This document shows, piece by piece, positions 18,903 through 27,360 of a stretch of DNA of 64,000 nt. How positions within the stretch are numbered: the stretch's first letter is position 1; every line of letters starts with the position of its first letter. Source of the stretch: Desulfobacterales bacterium. Lineage in GTDB: Bacteria > Desulfobacterota > Desulfobacteria > Desulfobacterales > UBA5852. The translations under genes and the position numbers were made by a program. Location: positions 800,001 through 864,000 of the forward strand of contig CAXXVS010000001.1 of the NCBI GenBank assembly GCA_963674755.2. The letters run 5' to 3'. The notes beneath the pieces were generated by a model, which saw only the letters and a list, made by a program, of their open reading frames with translations, was not told where the DNA came from and ran no database searches.

Positions 18903-19289
18903 ATGAGTGATAAATATCTAAAATTCAGTGAATTATCATATCGGGTCATAGGATGTGCCATGGAGGTGCACCGTGTTCTCGGGCCGGGTCTCTTGGAATC
19001 GGCATATCAACGATGTTTAGCGTACGAATTCGATAACCGGGGGATTGCATACAAAGCAGAATATCCGCTGCCTGTATCATATAAGGCCATCGATCTTGAT
19101 TGTGGGTATCGCTTGGATTTTTTTGTTGAGGACCGCATTGTTCTGGAACTTAAAAGTGTTGAAAAGCTGTTGCCGATCCATGAAGCACAGTTATTGACCT
19201 ACATGAAACTGATTAGCGTTAAGGAAGGCTTATTGCTAAATTTCAATGCCTTACGCCTAAAAAGCGGATTGAAACACTTTGTATTATAA
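18903..19289 (+). CDS. GxxExxY protein (PD-(D/E)XK nuclease-like)
   Basis: GPGLLESAYQ (GxxExxY), YRLDFFVEDRIVLELKS (D...ExK), HEAQLLTYMK, GLLLNF; 128 aa. Confidence 0.93.
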   Translation: MSDKYLKFSELSYRVIGCAMEVHRVLGPGLLESAYQRCLAYEFDNRGIAYKAEYPLPVSYKAIDLDCGYRLDFFVEDRIVLELKSVEKLLPIHEAQLLTYMKLISVKEGLLLNFNALRLKSGLKHFVL

Positions 19290-19300
19290 ATATATTTTTT

Positions 19301-19328
19301 CTTCGTGACCTTCGTGTTCTTCGTGGTT
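19301..19328. repeat. A' module immediately downstream of GxxExxY gene
   Basis: cttcgtgaccttcgtgttcttcgtggtt, reverse complement of the upstream A modules. Confidence 0.85.
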
Positions 19329-19354
19329 CAATCTTTTTCTTAGAAGAGGCCCTT

Positions 19355-20677
19355 ATGAATCGTTCACTCGTCGCCATCGTCTGTTATGAAAAGCCCTACG
19401 ACTCCGTCCGGAAAGCGGTCGAACTGGCCGGCGGTTTGTCACACTTGAAACCTTCCGACCATGTTTTCATCAAGCCCAATATCGTTTTCTGGACTTCCAA
19501 GGCCGTGCTGCCCAAATGGGGCGTCATTACCACCTCCCGGGTGGTGGAGGACATGGTGCGCCTGCTCAAAGATCTTGGCGTTCAGCACATCACCATCGGC
19601 GAGGGGTCGGTGACGGCGAATCCCAAGGACAAGGAGACCCAATTCCACGCCTATGAGACCCTTGGCTACAATACGCTCGCCAAACGCTACGGGGTGAAAT
19701 GCGTCAATATCCTGGCGCGTCCTTTTACCAAAGTCGACCTCGGGGACAACATGACGCTGAGCTTCAGCACGGATGTGCTGGAAAGTGATGCCGTGATCGA
19801 CCTGCCGGTCTTGAAGACCCATGCCCAAACCACGGTCAGCCTGGGTATCAAAAATCTCAAAGGCACCATCAGCATCCCATCGCGCAAGCGGTGCCACAAT
19901 GCCGACCCAGCGATGCCGCTCCATCGCTGGGTGGCCCGTCTGGCCGACCCCATGCCGCCGGTGTTTACGCTCATTGACGGTATTTACAGCAACGAGCGCG
20001 GCCCGAGTTTTGACGGACGCATCCGGCGCAGCAATCTGCTGCTTGCATCAAATGACATATTCGCAGTCGATAAAGCGGCAGCCCGTGTCCTGGGTTATGA
20101 AACCGCCGATGTACCCCATCTGAAGCTTTACGCCGAACATCATCGGAGGCCGCTTGATTTGTCGGATGTGGAGATAATGGGCGAGCTTATTGAAAATGTG
20201 GCCGATTCTTACCAGTATGATTTTAAATACAATGAAGATGGCACGTTACCCCGCCCCATGGCCAAGATGGGTATCCAGGGTGTATCCTACTACAAATATG
20301 ATCTTTCCATGTGCACCTATTGTTCCGGCATCACCGGCGCCGTGCTGACGGCCATCGCCATGGCCTGGAAGGGTCAGCCCTGGGACGACGTGGAAGTCCT
20401 CACCGGCAAGCAAATGACGCCTCGCCCCGGAAAGAGGAAAACCATCCTGCTTGGCCAGTGCATGTGCAAGCGACACAAGGACAACCCCGCCATTCAGGAG
20501 GCTATTCTCGTAGACGGTTGTCCCCCCAGCCCCAAATCCATCGTGGCCGCCTTCCACAAAGCCGGCATCATGATCGATTCGAACCTTATCGAAAACTACG
20601 AGCAGCTTCCGGGATTCCTGATGGCGCGCTACAAAGACAAGCCGGAGTTCGAAGAGGGCTTTTTCAAAATCGAGTGA
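19355..20677 (+). CDS. DUF362 domain protein with Cys-rich C-terminus (probable Fe-S)
   Basis: VFIKPN, TIGEGS, PVLKTH.QT.VSLGIKNLKG, LIDGIY; C-terminal CTYC, GQCMC, GCPP. Confidence 0.8.
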   Translation: MNRSLVAIVCYEKPYDSVRKAVELAGGLSHLKPSDHVFIKPNIVFWTSKAVLPKWGVITTSRVVEDMVRLLKDLGVQHITIGEGSVTANPKDKETQFHAYETLGYNTLAKRYGVKCVNILARPFTKVDLGDNMTLSFSTDVLESDAVIDLPVLKTHAQTTVSLGIKNLKGTISIPSRKRCHNADPAMPLHRWVARLADPMPPVFTLIDGIYSNERGPSFDGRIRRSNLLLASNDIFAVDKAAARVLGYETADVPHLKLYAEHHRRPLDLSDVEIMGELIENVADSYQYDFKYNEDGTLPRPMAKMGIQGVSYYKYDLSMCTYCSGITGAVLTAIAMAWKGQPWDDVEVLTGKQMTPRPGKRKTILLGQCMCKRHKDNPAIQEAILVDGCPPSPKSIVAAFHKAGIMIDSNLIENYEQLPGFLMARYKDKPEFEEGFFKIE

Positions 20678-20684
20678 GAGATTG

Positions 20685-20953
20685 AACCACGAAGATCACG
20701 AAGGACGCGAAGAAAGCCAGAATGGGGCACGGATGAACACAGATCTTGGACTAAAAGCAATTTACCATGAAGGCCATGAAGAAATCAATTTGTCGGTGAC
20801 AAATTGATTGAAAGTAAAACAAACGATAAATTGTCGCAAATGACAGCCTGTCATCCACCGACCACCCACCACCCCCAACCGACGGTTTCCCCCAACTCAA
20901 CAAACCCAACGAACCCAATGAACTCAACAAACCCAATAAACTCAATAAACTCA
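20685..20953. repeat. periodic modules A-C-B-D followed by C-rich 7-mer-like and 9-mer (aac[ct]caa) tandem arrays
   Basis: aaccacgaagatcacgaaggacgcgaag; gcacggatgaacacagat; aatcaatttgtcggtgacaaattgatt; aactcaacaaacccaacgaacccaatgaactcaacaaacccaataaactcaataaactca. Confidence 0.85.
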
Positions 20954-20954
20954 C

Positions 20955-22228
20955 CTACACCTTGGGCGCCTGAAACAGACGATGGGAGGGCACGGCAAAA
21001 ATATCCGGATCACCGAGAGGTTTGATCTCGCTTCCAGAATAAACGACCATCCCGCCGCACCAGCTCTGCCCCAGTTTTTCGGCGACCATTCTTAGCGGAC
21101 GAAAGTCCTTGGGGCTCTGCGTGGCTCGGGATTTGATTTCGATGCCGATGATACCGGAAGAGGTTTCCAGCAGAAGATCCACTTCGTTTCCGGATCGTGT
21201 CCGATAAAAATAGATGTTTACATCGCGTTGGCAAGTGCGGATCCATTTGACGATTTCAGCCACCACCATGGTTTCGTACAACTGGCCTGACAAAGCGCCG
21301 CGAAAACCCGTCAAATGGCGCCATATGCCGATATCCAACCAGTAGAGTTTGGGCGTTTTAACCACTGAGCTTGTCAAATTGCGGTAATAGGGCTGCAGCA
21401 AAATCGTTTGGTATGAGAGCTTGAGGTATTCCATATAGCGACGGGCGGTGTCGACGCTTATACCGCTGTCGCGCGCTATCTCGGAATAGTTCAGCAATTG
21501 GGCGGATCGTAGTGCCGAGAGCTGCTGAAATTGACGAAACGGCATGAGATCGTCCAGCTTGGCAAGATCGGCCAGGTCTCTTTCCAGGTAGGTGTATTCA
21601 TAATTTTTCAGCCACAGCCAGCGGTCCTCGTCGGAAAGATTAAGCAATGCAGGCATGCCGCCCCATTTGATGATGTGCTGTTCAGCTGCCTGGCAGCGAT
21701 GAGCGGCAGGCCCTATGAGCATTGGTGCCGTATCCGCTAATGCATTGGCGACAGATGCGCCTGTTAGCATACTGTCCAGCAGCGGCGGCCTTCCTTCGGC
21801 GCAGGACGGGTTTAATTCACATTGCATCAACGGCCAAAGCTCGTAAAAAAGGCTCTCCCGGCGAGGGACTCTCTGATTTGTTTTAGCAACAGGATTTGGC
21901 TCGAGCCGGTGAGTACGGTAAAAGTGATGCCGCCGTCGTCATATGCGTATTTAATTTTTTCGAAAACCGAAGGCGCTTTCTGGGCCTCGTCGATTACGGC
22001 AGTGCCAACCGTTTTGGACCATGCAAAGGTACTGAGCTCCCGAACGGTATCCCTATTTTCCGGTGCATCCAGATTGATGTAGGTGAGGTCGGGATAAAGA
22101 TCCTTGACCAGCGTGGTTTTGCCGGTTTGACGCGCGCCTGTTAGCACCACGATTCGTCGGTGGTTGGCATCTGGTAACCGACTCGACATCATGCGATTAA
22201 CATGTAAATTAGCAGACATAAACATCAA
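20955..22228 (-). pseudogene. AAA+ ATPase with DUF4143 C-terminal domain, split by a 1-nt frameshift
   Basis: ORF1 has GARQTGKT, IDEAQ, LTGSS, ESLAGR; ORF2 has GGMP, KTPKLY..DIG, YRT.SG.EVD..IEIK; adding one T to the T6 run (+ strand A21845-21850) restores RAFFYELWPLMQ. Confidence 0.85.
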
Positions 22229-22501
22229 ATAAGCTGTATATCATACGATTGTCAACGAAAATTTACAGTAAAAATCTATAGAGGCAGGGAAAGATAGGCT
22301 GTAGGAAAAAGCGGTGGGTAGTAGGTCGGAGGTCGTGGGTTGAAACAGAAAAAGACAGAGGGTTTGTGGTAAATTCACTTGCCCTGATCAATCACGGATT
22401 GATAAGTTGATTTCCAGTTGCTACATCGGTGAACATCCGTGCAAATCAGTGGCGATTTATTGGGTTTTCTGGCCGAAACGGCCATCGGAAAGGAAGCGGA
22501 G

Positions 22502-23569
22502 ATGAAACTACTGGTAACCGGGGGGGCGGGATTCATCGGCACAAATTTCGTCCGTACTGTCTTTGAAAAAAGGCCTGGGTGGGAGGTAGTAAACTTGGAC
22601 CTTCTGACGTATGCCGGCAATCCGAAAAACCTGCTGGATATCGAAAAAGAGCATCCCGAACAGTATCGCTTCGTCCAGGGGGATATCAAAGACAGCGAAT
22701 TGCTGAAGCGCCTGTTTGAAGCAGAAGGGTTTGATGCTGTTGTCCATTTTGCGGCCGAATCCCATGTCGATCGGTCTATTTATGGACCTGGCGCATTTAT
22801 CGAAACCAACATTGTCGGTACCTATCAACTCCTGGAGGCCGCCCGGGGATACTGGACATCCGGAAAGGCACCGGAGGGCTTCAGGTTTCTGCATATCTCC
22901 ACGGACGAGGTTTACGGCAGCCTTGGACATGAAGGATATTTCACGGAAAGGACCCCCTACGACCCTTCGAGCCCCTATTCGGCGTCCAAGGCCGGCTCGG
23001 ATCATCTGGCCAAGGCGTATCACCGGACTTACGGTTTGCCCACGGTCGTTACAAATTGTTCCAACAATTACGGGCCCTACCAATTCCCCGAAAAGCTCAT
23101 ACCCCTGATGATCCTGAACATTCAGGAGGAAAAACCCCTGCCGGTATACGGAGACGGCAAAAATGTGCGCGACTGGCTGTTCGTGCTTGATCACTGCGAC
23201 GCGTTGCTGACGGTTCTAACGGAGGGGAAAATCGGTGAGACTTACAACATCGGCGGCGGGGCGGAGATGCAGAATATCGATGTGGTGAACCTGCTCTGCG
23301 ATTTGCTCGATGAAAAGCTGGGACGGCAGGGGGAGACCTCGAGCTCCCGCCTGATCCATTTCGTCAAAGACCGGCCCGGCCATGACAGGCGCTATGCCAT
23401 CGATTCCACCAAAATCCGCACGGAGCTGGGCTGGGCCCCTAAACACGATTTCAAGGCGGCCCTCGCCAAAACCGTGGACTGGTATTTCGACAACCAGGAT
23501 TGGGTCGAAAGCATCCGGACCGGTGAATATTTGACATGGATCGATCGGAACTACGGTGGGAGAGCCTGA
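22502..23569 (+). CDS. rfbB: dTDP-glucose 4,6-dehydratase
   Basis: [68 protein letters not shown]. Confidence 0.96.
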   Translation: MKLLVTGGAGFIGTNFVRTVFEKRPGWEVVNLDLLTYAGNPKNLLDIEKEHPEQYRFVQGDIKDSELLKRLFEAEGFDAVVHFAAESHVDRSIYGPGAFIETNIVGTYQLLEAARGYWTSGKAPEGFRFLHISTDEVYGSLGHEGYFTERTPYDPSSPYSASKAGSDHLAKAYHRTYGLPTVVTNCSNNYGPYQFPEKLIPLMILNIQEEKPLPVYGDGKNVRDWLFVLDHCDALLTVLTEGKIGETYNIGGGAEMQNIDVVNLLCDLLDEKLGRQGETSSSRLIHFVKDRPGHDRRYAIDSTKIRTELGWAPKHDFKAALAKTVDWYFDNQDWVESIRTGEYLTWIDRNYGGRA

Positions 23570-23645
23570 CGTGGCTCACCAATGCATCCGTGTTGTGAGT
23601 GGGAGATTCAATGCCAGGCTTTGAGGTGATGCGGGGCTGTGCCTT

Positions 23646-23845
23646 AAGGGTTCAAGGGCCCGAGGGGCCGAGGCGTCAAGGGAGGGGTTCCCTTAGCGCC
23701 TGATTTGTATCATCGGCGCCAAAGTAACTTGGGTTTGACTTTCAATCAATTTGTCGCCGACAAATTGATTTCTCCATGGACTTCATGCCCCTCATGGTGA
23801 ACAGCTTTATTCTTTAATCAGTGTCTATCCGTGCCCATCTGTGTC
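23646..23845. repeat. periodic modules I (aagggttca-type), D, B', C'
   Basis: aagggttcaagggcccgaggggccgagg; aatcaatttgtcgccgacaaattgatt; cttcatgcccctcatggtga; aatcagtgtctatccgtgcccatctgtg. Confidence 0.8.
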
Positions 23846-23964
23846 CCATTTGGTCTTCTTCCTGGTAATGCTTTTTTACGTTTATCCGTTTTTATCAGCC
23901 TTGGCCTGCATCCCATCGGTTAACCTTCTATGGCCGGTGGTCCCTATGACGGCGATTCTTTCCA

Positions 23965-24525
23965 TCACGGCTCCTCGTAGGGCGGCAAATCCTCATCCGA
24001 AAGGTCCGCAAGAAGAGGATAGTCCGCATCCTTTTTCGATAGAATCGGGACGCCTTCAGGCCAAGCAATGGCTATCTCCGGGTCGGAATAAAGGATGCCT
24101 TTTTCCGTGGCGGGATTGTAGTAGTCCGAACACTTGTACATAAACAGGGCGGTTTCGCTGAACACAAAGAAGCCGTGGGCGAACCCTGCCGGGATGAACA
24201 GCTGGTGCTTGTTGGCGGAAGATAAAACCTGGTTGACGCTCTCCCCGAAGGTGGGGGAGCCCCGACGGATATCGACGGCCACATCTAGCACTTCCCCTTC
24301 CAATACTTGCACAAGCTTGGCCTGGGGGTGGGGCCACTGGTAGTGCAGCCCTCTCAGGACATTTCTTTGGGAATTAGACAGGTTGTCCTGCACAAAGTCA
24401 GCCGCAATGCCGCTTTCGTGATAGCGGCTTCCGTGGTAGGTTTCCAGAAAGAAACCGCGCTCGTCGCCGAATATGGCCGGTTCAATCAACAGAACATCCG
24501 GAATTTTAGTAGGGATCACTTTCAT
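23965..24525 (-). CDS. rfbC: dTDP-4-dehydrorhamnose 3,5-epimerase
   Basis: FGDERGFFLE, FVQDN.S.S..NVLRGLHYQ, DIRRGSPTFG, IPAGFAHGF; true start MKVIPT at 24525. Confidence 0.95.
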   Translation of the reverse strand: MKVIPTKIPDVLLIEPAIFGDERGFFLETYHGSRYHESGIAADFVQDNLSNSQRNVLRGLHYQWPHPQAKLVQVLEGEVLDVAVDIRRGSPTFGESVNQVLSSANKHQLFIPAGFAHGFFVFSETALFMYKCSDYYNPATEKGILYSDPEIAIAWPEGVPILSKKDADYPLLADLSDEDLPPYEEP

Positions 24526-24549
24526 GTGGCGCTCCTGGTCGTCCGAAAA

Positions 24550-24955
24550 AAGGGTCCAAGGATCCAAGGGGTCGAGGGAAAAAGAAAAGGCGATTATCCG
24601 AAAAGGACAGGATTGGCTAAGTGCAACAGCTTGAACTAGGAAGGGAATGAAGGAAACCGAATAGGACGCTGATGAACGCAGATGTGCGCGGATGTTAAAC
24701 CAGAAGCCATTTACCATGAAGATCATGAAGGACATGAAGGTAAAGAAACTGCGGCTGCAGGCTATTGGTTTTGGGGGGTTCCGCGATAGCGGAACAACCC
24801 TGTGTGCATCCGTGTTTATCTGTGGCGAAACGGTTTTTTTGACCACGAAGGCCACAAAGGGATTCATCTGCTCTTGATGGGTTTTCTTCGTGTTCTTCGT
24901 GGTAAATTCTTGTCGACGGGAGCATTTCTTTGACCCCTCGGATCCACGAACCCTT
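24550..24955. repeat. nested cluster I-[C-B-H-C']-[A-A']-I'
   Basis: agggtccaaggatccaaggggtcgaggg ... tgacccctcggatccacgaaccctt encloses C/C' and A/A' pairs. Confidence 0.8.
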
Positions 24956-25039
24956 AAATAATCCATCTCACAGTACATTAGCGGAATAGATTCTGGCGCA
25001 GCCTTCACAATAGATGAGATGCTTTCGAGAGGAGGCTTT

Positions 25040-25921
25040 TTATGGCATCCCGTTGGCCAACTCATACAGATACTTCCCATAATCGTTTTTCATGAAGGGT
25101 CCCGCCAGCTCAAGGAGCCGGGTCCGGTCGATGAAGCCCTTGCGAAAGGCCACCTCCTCGATGCATCCGATTTTTTGGCCCTGGCGTTTCTGGATGGTCT
25201 CGATGAAATTGGCCGCGTCCAGCAGCGACTCGTGGGTTCCGGCATCCAGCCAGGCGTAGCCGCGCCCCATGGTTTCCACGCGCAGCTCTCCCAGTTTGAG
25301 ATAGGCGTCGATCACTTCGGTGATTTCCAGCTCGCCGCGCGCCGAAGGCTTGACTCCGGCGGCAATCTCGGCCACGCGGTTGTCGAAGAAATACAGACCT
25401 GGCACGGCATAGTTGGATTTGGGCTGTTGCGGTTTTTCCTCGATGCTGAGCACTTTGCCTTCCTGGTCGAATTCGACCACGCCGTAGCGCTCCGGGTCCC
25501 TTACCCAATAGCCGAAAACCAGGCCGCCGGTGTCCATTTGGGCTGCGCGTTCCAGAATTGCGGAAAAGCCGTATCCAAAGAAAATGTTGTCCCCCAGAAT
25601 CAGGCAGGCATTGTCGTCGCCGATGTGCTCGCGGCCGATGATAAAGGCCTGGGCGAGCCCTTCCGGTCGGGGTTGCTCGGCATAGGAAATCTGCATGCCG
25701 AACCTGGATCCGTCGCCAAAAAGGGCCTGGTATTTGGGTTTGTCCTCGGGGGTGGAAATGATCAGGATGTCACGGATGCCGGCCAGCATGAGCACCGACA
25801 GGGGATAATAGATCATGGGTTTGTCGTAGACCGGCAAGAGCTGCTTGCAGACCACGCTCGTAATCGGAAACAAGCGGGTACCGGACCCGCCTGCCAGGAT
25901 AATTCCTTTGTATTTCTTCAT
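25040..25921 (-). CDS. rfbA: glucose-1-phosphate thymidylyltransferase
   Basis: [61 protein letters not shown]. Confidence 0.97.
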   Translation of the reverse strand: MKKYKGIILAGGSGTRLFPITSVVCKQLLPVYDKPMIYYPLSVLMLAGIRDILIISTPEDKPKYQALFGDGSRFGMQISYAEQPRPEGLAQAFIIGREHIGDDNACLILGDNIFFGYGFSAILERAAQMDTGGLVFGYWVRDPERYGVVEFDQEGKVLSIEEKPQQPKSNYAVPGLYFFDNRVAEIAAGVKPSARGELEITEVIDAYLKLGELRVETMGRGYAWLDAGTHESLLDAANFIETIQKRQGQKIGCIEEVAFRKGFIDRTRLLELAGPFMKNDYGKYLYELANGMP

Positions 25922-25949
25922 TTAACCCTCCATGTCAAAAAGGCATTTT

Positions 25950-26107
25950 CGCCACTGATAAACACAGATCATTATAGATCAGACTGTAGGCGATTAGCCT
26001 ATAGGCTGAAAGCAAATCAAATAATCTGGAGTTGTTATGCCCCCAATGAATCCGATAAATTAAATAACCTTGCGGTTTTTCTACAGCCTACAAGCCTCAA
26101 AAGCTTA
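25950..26107. repeat. periodic modules C, H and H'
   Basis: gccactgataaacacagat; agactgtaggcgattagcctataggctgaaag; ctacagcctacaagcct. Confidence 0.65.
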
Positions 26108-26121
26108 ATAACCAGCGCTTC

Positions 26122-26475
26122 TCACTCCGTGGTCAACCCCACAGGTGGTATGGGCGGTGTATTATCCCCTGGCGTGAACACGACCGGGGCGCAAGGCTGG
26201 CTTTCGCCCACTGCGTTGTAAGCCGATACTGAGAGGTAATAGGTCACCCCCTCTGACAATGGCAAGTTATTCAAATCATATTGCAAAATGTTGCCAACAT
26301 CAGTCGAGTTGGACCGGTCGGTAGAATTGGTACCCCAATAAACCTTATACCCGTCCACGGTCCCGGAACTGGTATCCCAGACGAGCGTTTCCGCTGCAGT
26401 TGAAGCAGGGGTGAAAAAAAAGGCTGCCAAAGCCCATATCAAGCCAACGGCCATCATTCCTAGGTTTTTTCCCAT
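26122..26475 (-). CDS. small secreted single fibronectin type III domain protein
   Basis: Signal peptide; TLVWD...VDGYKVYWG...L.EGVTYYLSVSAYN.VGES; tail DNTPPIPPVGLTTE. Confidence 0.85.
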   Translation of the reverse strand: MGKNLGMMAVGLIWALAAFFFTPASTAAETLVWDTSSGTVDGYKVYWGTNSTDRSNSTDVGNILQYDLNNLPLSEGVTYYLSVSAYNAVGESQPCAPVVFTPGDNTPPIPPVGLTTE

Positions 26476-26626
26476 GCCCGTTCCCTTCAGAAAACCAAAA
26501 TTTTTTTAATCGGATTGGTGAAATTAGGATTACCCTCAGCGGCAAACGGCGGTATTTGATTATCATTTGTATACACTGATTTCCATAATGTTGACAACCG
26601 ACAATCTGATCAGAAAAGCGGAGCGG

Positions 26627-26832
26627 GACGCAAATGAACACAGATTGTCACGGGTCAGGCTGTAGGGGATTGGGCTACAGGCTGAAGGGTAAGCAGAAGA
26701 CTTATAGGACAGTGGGTTTTTCCCTTTCAGCTTGATACTTCGGTTTTCCTTCGTGCCTTTTCGTGTCCTTCGCGGTGAAATTATTTCGATCTTGATTTTA
26801 CCCCTTCAAGTTCTTCATGCTCTTCATGGTAA
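26627..26832. repeat. periodic modules C, H, A', B'
   Basis: acgcaaatgaacacagat; caggctgtagg...gctacaggctgaagg; cttcgtgccttttcgtgtccttcgcggtgaa; cttcatgctcttcatggtaa. Confidence 0.75.
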
Positions 26833-26853
26833 ATTTTGTGTATTACTGAGCAT

Positions 26854-26885
26854 AAAAAAAGGCGACAGTCGCAAACTGTCGCCTT
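26854..26885 (-). terminator. intrinsic terminator after the second FN3 gene
   Basis: Stem aaggcgacagt/actgtcgcctt followed by a T-run on the - strand. Confidence 0.75.
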
Positions 26886-26962
26886 AGAGTCATAGTTATG
26901 CTCAGCCTATTTCGTAATTGCTGAGCAAATATAACCGCTTAGATTTATGTCAATTTCTATTG

Positions 26963-27304
26963 TTATTGCGCCTCCAAACCGACCGGTGGCTGCGGTGGCG
27001 TCGTGTCAGCCGGGGTATAGGCGACAGGGGCGCAGGGGGCGCTCTCACCAGCGGTATTGTAGGCCGAAACGCAGAAGTAATACTGGACATTTTCAGATAA
27101 CGGCAACGAATCGATGGAATATTGGGTAACATCCCCGACATTGACGGATTCAGATGGATTGGTCGCACTGGTGCCATAGTAAACATTGTATCCATCCACC
27201 GTTCCAGTGCTTGCATCCCAGACCAAGGTCGCCGCCGAGCCAACCGTAATTGTGGTAAAAACCGTGATCAACATCAAGATGATTATTTTGGTGTATATTT
27301 TCAT
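26963..27304 (-). CDS. small secreted single FN3 domain protein (paralog of 26122-26475)
   Basis: Signal peptide; TLVWDASTGTVDGYNVYYG...YYFCVSAYNTAGESAPCAPV; tail DTTPPQPPVGLEAQ; aggagg RBS. Confidence 0.85.
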   Translation of the reverse strand: MKIYTKIIILMLITVFTTITVGSAATLVWDASTGTVDGYNVYYGTSATNPSESVNVGDVTQYSIDSLPLSENVQYYFCVSAYNTAGESAPCAPVAYTPADTTPPQPPVGLEAQ

Positions 27305-27360
27305 ACTATCCTCCTGCAATATTCGTAAGATTTTGTATCAGATTTCTAAATTGGCGAATC

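Noticed and set aside
22439..22501. N-terminal extension of rfbB
   Set aside because: Begins within a C' repeat; the canonical start MKLLVTGG has its own purine-rich RBS at 22502
23965..25080. 371-aa extended rfbC ORF
   Set aside because: The N-terminal half is read-through of repeat modules (FTTKNTKK, FMSFMIFMV); the RfbC fold starts at ATG 24525
12695..26832. Repeat clusters as a CRISPR array
   Set aside because: Units are degenerate, occur in both orientations, have irregular spacing and are scattered between genes; no cas genes in the window
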